Shown piece by piece: positions 7,494 to 11,369 of a DNA stretch of 11,369 nt. A program made the position numbers and the translations under genes. Position 1 is the first letter of the stretch; the number at the start of each line of letters is the position of its first letter. Source of the stretch: a bacterium (GTDB lineage Bacteria; Electryoneota; Electryoneia; Electryoneales; Electryoneaceae); assembly GCA_043801585.1 (NCBI GenBank), contig JAZDLX010000135.1, forward strand, positions 1-11,369. The letters run 5' to 3'. The notes beneath the pieces were generated by a model. It was given only the letters and a program-made list of their open reading frames with translations. It made no database searches and was not told where the DNA came from.

Positions 7494-8078
7494 ATGTCCC
7501 GAATCGGGAAAATGCCGATAACGATCCCTGAAAAGGTGGACGTCAAGATTGACGGCCAGACCGTTGACGTCAAGGGACCGCTCGGCGAGTTGACGCACAC
7601 CTTCCGTCCGGAGGTGAAGGTCAGGAAGGATGACGCGATACTTGTTGTCGAACGTCTGCAGGATGACAAGCAACATCGCGCCCAGCACGGTCTCAGCCGT
7701 ACGCTTCTCTCCAATATGGTGGAAGGGGTGAGCAAAGGCTACTCGAAAACGCTGGTCGTGATTGGAGTTGGATACTCCGCGGAATTGAAGGGGAGCGGCC
7801 TGTACATACGTATTGGCTTCAGCCACCCGGTCTGGCTTGGCGCCCCTCCGGGGATCAAGTTCGAAACGTTGCAGCCGAGTCAGTGGGCTGAGAACGGCAT
7901 TGTCAAGCAGGCTGAAAACCAGAACGTGGCGATTCGTATCTCGGGTTGCAACAAGGCGCTCGTCGGCCAGGTCGCGGCGCGTATCCGCCGAGTCCGTCCG
8001 CCTGAACCCTACAAGGGCAAGGGCATCCGGTACAACAATGAACAGGTCCGTCGTAAGGCCGGAAAGGCGGCAAAGTAA
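7494..8078 (+). CDS. rplF: 50S ribosomal protein L6 (uL6), with internal insertion
   Basis: MSRIGKMPI, VKGPLGEL, GVGY, GFSHPV, RPPEPYKGKGIRY, RRKAGK. Confidence 0.99.
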   Translation: MSRIGKMPITIPEKVDVKIDGQTVDVKGPLGELTHTFRPEVKVRKDDAILVVERLQDDKQHRAQHGLSRTLLSNMVEGVSKGYSKTLVVIGVGYSAELKGSGLYIRIGFSHPVWLGAPPGIKFETLQPSQWAENGIVKQAENQNVAIRISGCNKALVGQVAARIRRVRPPEPYKGKGIRYNNEQVRRKAGKAAK

Positions 8079-8081
8079 GCC

Positions 8082-8498
8082 ATGGCGACGAAACTCGAAA
8101 AGAGCAAGCAGGCGCATCAGCGCCGCAAAATGCGCGTCCGCAAGAGCATCAGTGGCACGAGCGACCGCCCTCGCCTCGTCGTCAACAGGTCTCTCCGGTA
8201 TATGGCTGTTTCATTGGTTGACGACAGCCATGGAGTGACGCTTCTCGGTGCGAATTCACGCACCGAAAAACTGGACGTGTACGAGTCGCCGAAGGACGGC
8301 GACAGCTTTGAAATTGGCGGCAAGAAACTGCCGATGACTCGCCGTATTTCTGATGCCTACAAGCTCGGCCAGGCAGTTGCAGCCAAAGCGCAGGAAAAGG
8401 GAATCAAGGCGGTAGTTTTTGATCGCAACGGCCTTCGTTATCACGGCCGCGTTCGTGCCGTCGCGGAAGGTGCCCGGAAAGGGGGACTTGAACTGTGA
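8082..8498 (+). CDS. rplR: 50S ribosomal protein L18 (uL18), with internal insertion
   Basis: [43 protein letters not shown]. Confidence 0.98.
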   Translation: MATKLEKSKQAHQRRKMRVRKSISGTSDRPRLVVNRSLRYMAVSLVDDSHGVTLLGANSRTEKLDVYESPKDGDSFEIGGKKLPMTRRISDAYKLGQAVAAKAQEKGIKAVVFDRNGLRYHGRVRAVAEGARKGGLEL

Positions 8499-9025
8499 AC
8501 CGTCGTAGCAGCAGAAGCGAAGACCGGGCTCCCACCGCCGCCGACCTGGGCTTAATCGAAAAGGTTGTCAACATCGCCCGGGTGGCCAAGGTCGTTAAGG
8601 GTGGCCGCAACTTCACCTTCACCGCGATTGTCGTGGTGGGTGACGGCAAGGGTCGTGTCGGTCAAGGTCTGGGTCGCGCACGGGAAGTCACCGAGGCGAT
8701 CACCAAAGGCGGCGAGATCGCGAAACGTTCGATGAAACGGTATTCGCTCGTCGGCCAAACCCTGCCGCATGAGATCATCGGACGATACGGCGCCGCGAAA
8801 GTGATGATCAAACCCGCCGCGCCCGGTACTGGTGTTATCGCCGGTGGTGCGGTGCGTGCCGTCCTCGAAGCCCTCGGAGTGCGCGACGTGCTGACGAAGA
8901 GCCTCGGCAGCCGCAATTCGCACAACCTCGTGAATGCGACATTCAATGCGCTCGAAACGATGGAAAGCGTCGAGCATGTTGCTTATAAGCGGGGCAAGAC
9001 GGTCAAGGAGGTGTTGGGCCTGTGA
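8495..9025 (+). CDS. rpsE: 30S ribosomal protein S5 (uS5)
   Basis: [42 protein letters not shown] overlap with rplR stop. Confidence 0.98.
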   Translation: MNRRSSRSEDRAPTAADLGLIEKVVNIARVAKVVKGGRNFTFTAIVVVGDGKGRVGQGLGRAREVTEAITKGGEIAKRSMKRYSLVGQTLPHEIIGRYGAAKVMIKPAAPGTGVIAGGAVRAVLEALGVRDVLTKSLGSRNSHNLVNATFNALETMESVEHVAYKRGKTVKEVLGL

Positions 9026-9225
9026 GTGCGAAGACGAAGACCGCGAAACTGCGCATCACCTGGGTGCGCAGCACGATCGGCCGCATCGAGAACCAGGAGC
9101 GCGTGATCAGGGCGCTCGGCCTGCGGAAACTGAACCAGAGTGTCGTTCATGACGACTCCCCGATCATCCGTGGAATGGTGAACAAGGTTCCCCATCTGGT
9201 CAAGGTCGAGAACGTCAAAGGATAA
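9022..9225 (+). CDS. rpmD: 50S ribosomal protein L30 (uL30)
   Basis: [38 protein letters not shown] start after AAGGAGGTG (9005-9013). Confidence 0.97.
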   Translation: MSAKTKTAKLRITWVRSTIGRIENQERVIRALGLRKLNQSVVHDDSPIIRGMVNKVPHLVKVENVKG

Positions 9226-9233
9226 TAAAGGGG

Positions 9234-9310
9234 GGTCGCTTTTTCGTCCTGTGAATCCACGGGAATTTCCGAAAGCGACATTGGAACAGGCAACGGCGAG
9301 AAGGGCAACC
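9234..9310 (+). promoter_or_regulatory. Structured rpmD-rplO spacer with two mutually exclusive folds, one sequestering the rplO SD
   Basis: GTCGCTTTT(9235-9243) pairs either with GAAAGCGAC(9271-9279) or, as part of 9234-9247, with GCGAGAAGGGCAACC(9296-9310). Confidence 0.5.
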
Positions 9311-9315
9311 GAGTC

Positions 9316-9819
9316 ATGCCGAAAGATTTGAGCAATCTGAGCCCTGCGAAGGGCTCCACGCACAGTAAGAAACGCCGCGGACGCGGTCAGGGCAGCGGTT
9401 TGGGCGACACCGCCGGCCGTGGCAACAAGGGCGCCCAGAGCCGCAGCGGCTACAAGCGCAAGGTCGGGTTTGAAGGCGGCCAGATGCCGATTTACCGCCG
9501 TCTCCCGAAGCGTGGATTCACCAATATCTGGCGCGAAGAGGTTCAGGAAGTGAACCTCCGTGACCTGGCCCGTCTGGGCGAGATTACGGATGTCACTTCT
9601 GATGTTCTGGCTGAGCAAGGTCTTATCCGCAGCGCCGAGAAACCTGTGAAACTCCTCGGTATCGGCGAGGTGGACAAGGCGTACACGATCACGGTCACAG
9701 CGGCCAGCAAAACCGCTGTGGAGAAGATCGAGAAGGCCGGCGGCAAAGTGAATTTGCCTGCCCCCGCCAAGAAGCGGCGCGGCAAGCTGGTCAAAAAAGA
9801 AAAGCGCTTGGAACGGTAA
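9316..9819 (+). CDS. rplO: 50S ribosomal protein L15 (uL15), with basic C-terminal tail
   Basis: RRGRGQGSGLG.TAGRGNKG, GFEGGQMPIYRRLPKRGF, KIEKAGG. Confidence 0.98.
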   Translation: MPKDLSNLSPAKGSTHSKKRRGRGQGSGLGDTAGRGNKGAQSRSGYKRKVGFEGGQMPIYRRLPKRGFTNIWREEVQEVNLRDLARLGEITDVTSDVLAEQGLIRSAEKPVKLLGIGEVDKAYTITVTAASKTAVEKIEKAGGKVNLPAPAKKRRGKLVKKEKRLER

Positions 9820-9849
9820 GCCAGGGAAGGCGCCAGACGGGGACGCGAG

Positions 9850-11369
<1,520 letters not shown>

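Noticed and set aside
217..9225. Frequent GTG starts (8 of 23 starts) and three GTGA overlaps
   Set aside because: Ordinary for GC-rich genomes and translationally coupled ribosomal operons.
9235..9244. T-run at 9240-9244 as an intrinsic terminator
   Set aside because: It is not preceded by a suitable hairpin; the run itself forms the 5' strand of downstream stems.

Overview
GC-rich bacterial core region: the contiguous S10-spc ribosomal protein supercluster, all on the + strand. The order is the 3' end of tuf, then rpsJ-rplC-rplD-rplW-rplB-rpsS-rplV-rpsC-rplP-rpmC-rpsQ-rplN-rplX-rplE-rpsZ(S14, Zn type)-rpsH-rplF-rplR-rpsE-rpmD-rplO-secY, then the 5' end of adk. There are no mobile elements, CRISPR arrays or tRNA/rRNA genes. 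Gene content is ordinary; the interest lies in the unusually long, structured spacers and in protein idiosyncrasies. Best candidate for an undescribed system: a hairpin at 7002-7042 that reproduces the S8-binding core of 16S rRNA helix 21 (GCGUC/GAUACG) and buries the Shine-Dalgarno (SD) and GTG start of rpsH itself. This is a putative S8 autoregulatory leader at a different site from the E. coli rplX-rplE operator, with a competing upstream hairpin. A second two-state, SD-sequestering element precedes rplO-secY-adk. Several proteins carry insertions or extensions (L5, L6, L18, L15), and SecY has Glu in place of a conserved Leu. All folds were derived by hand, not computed.
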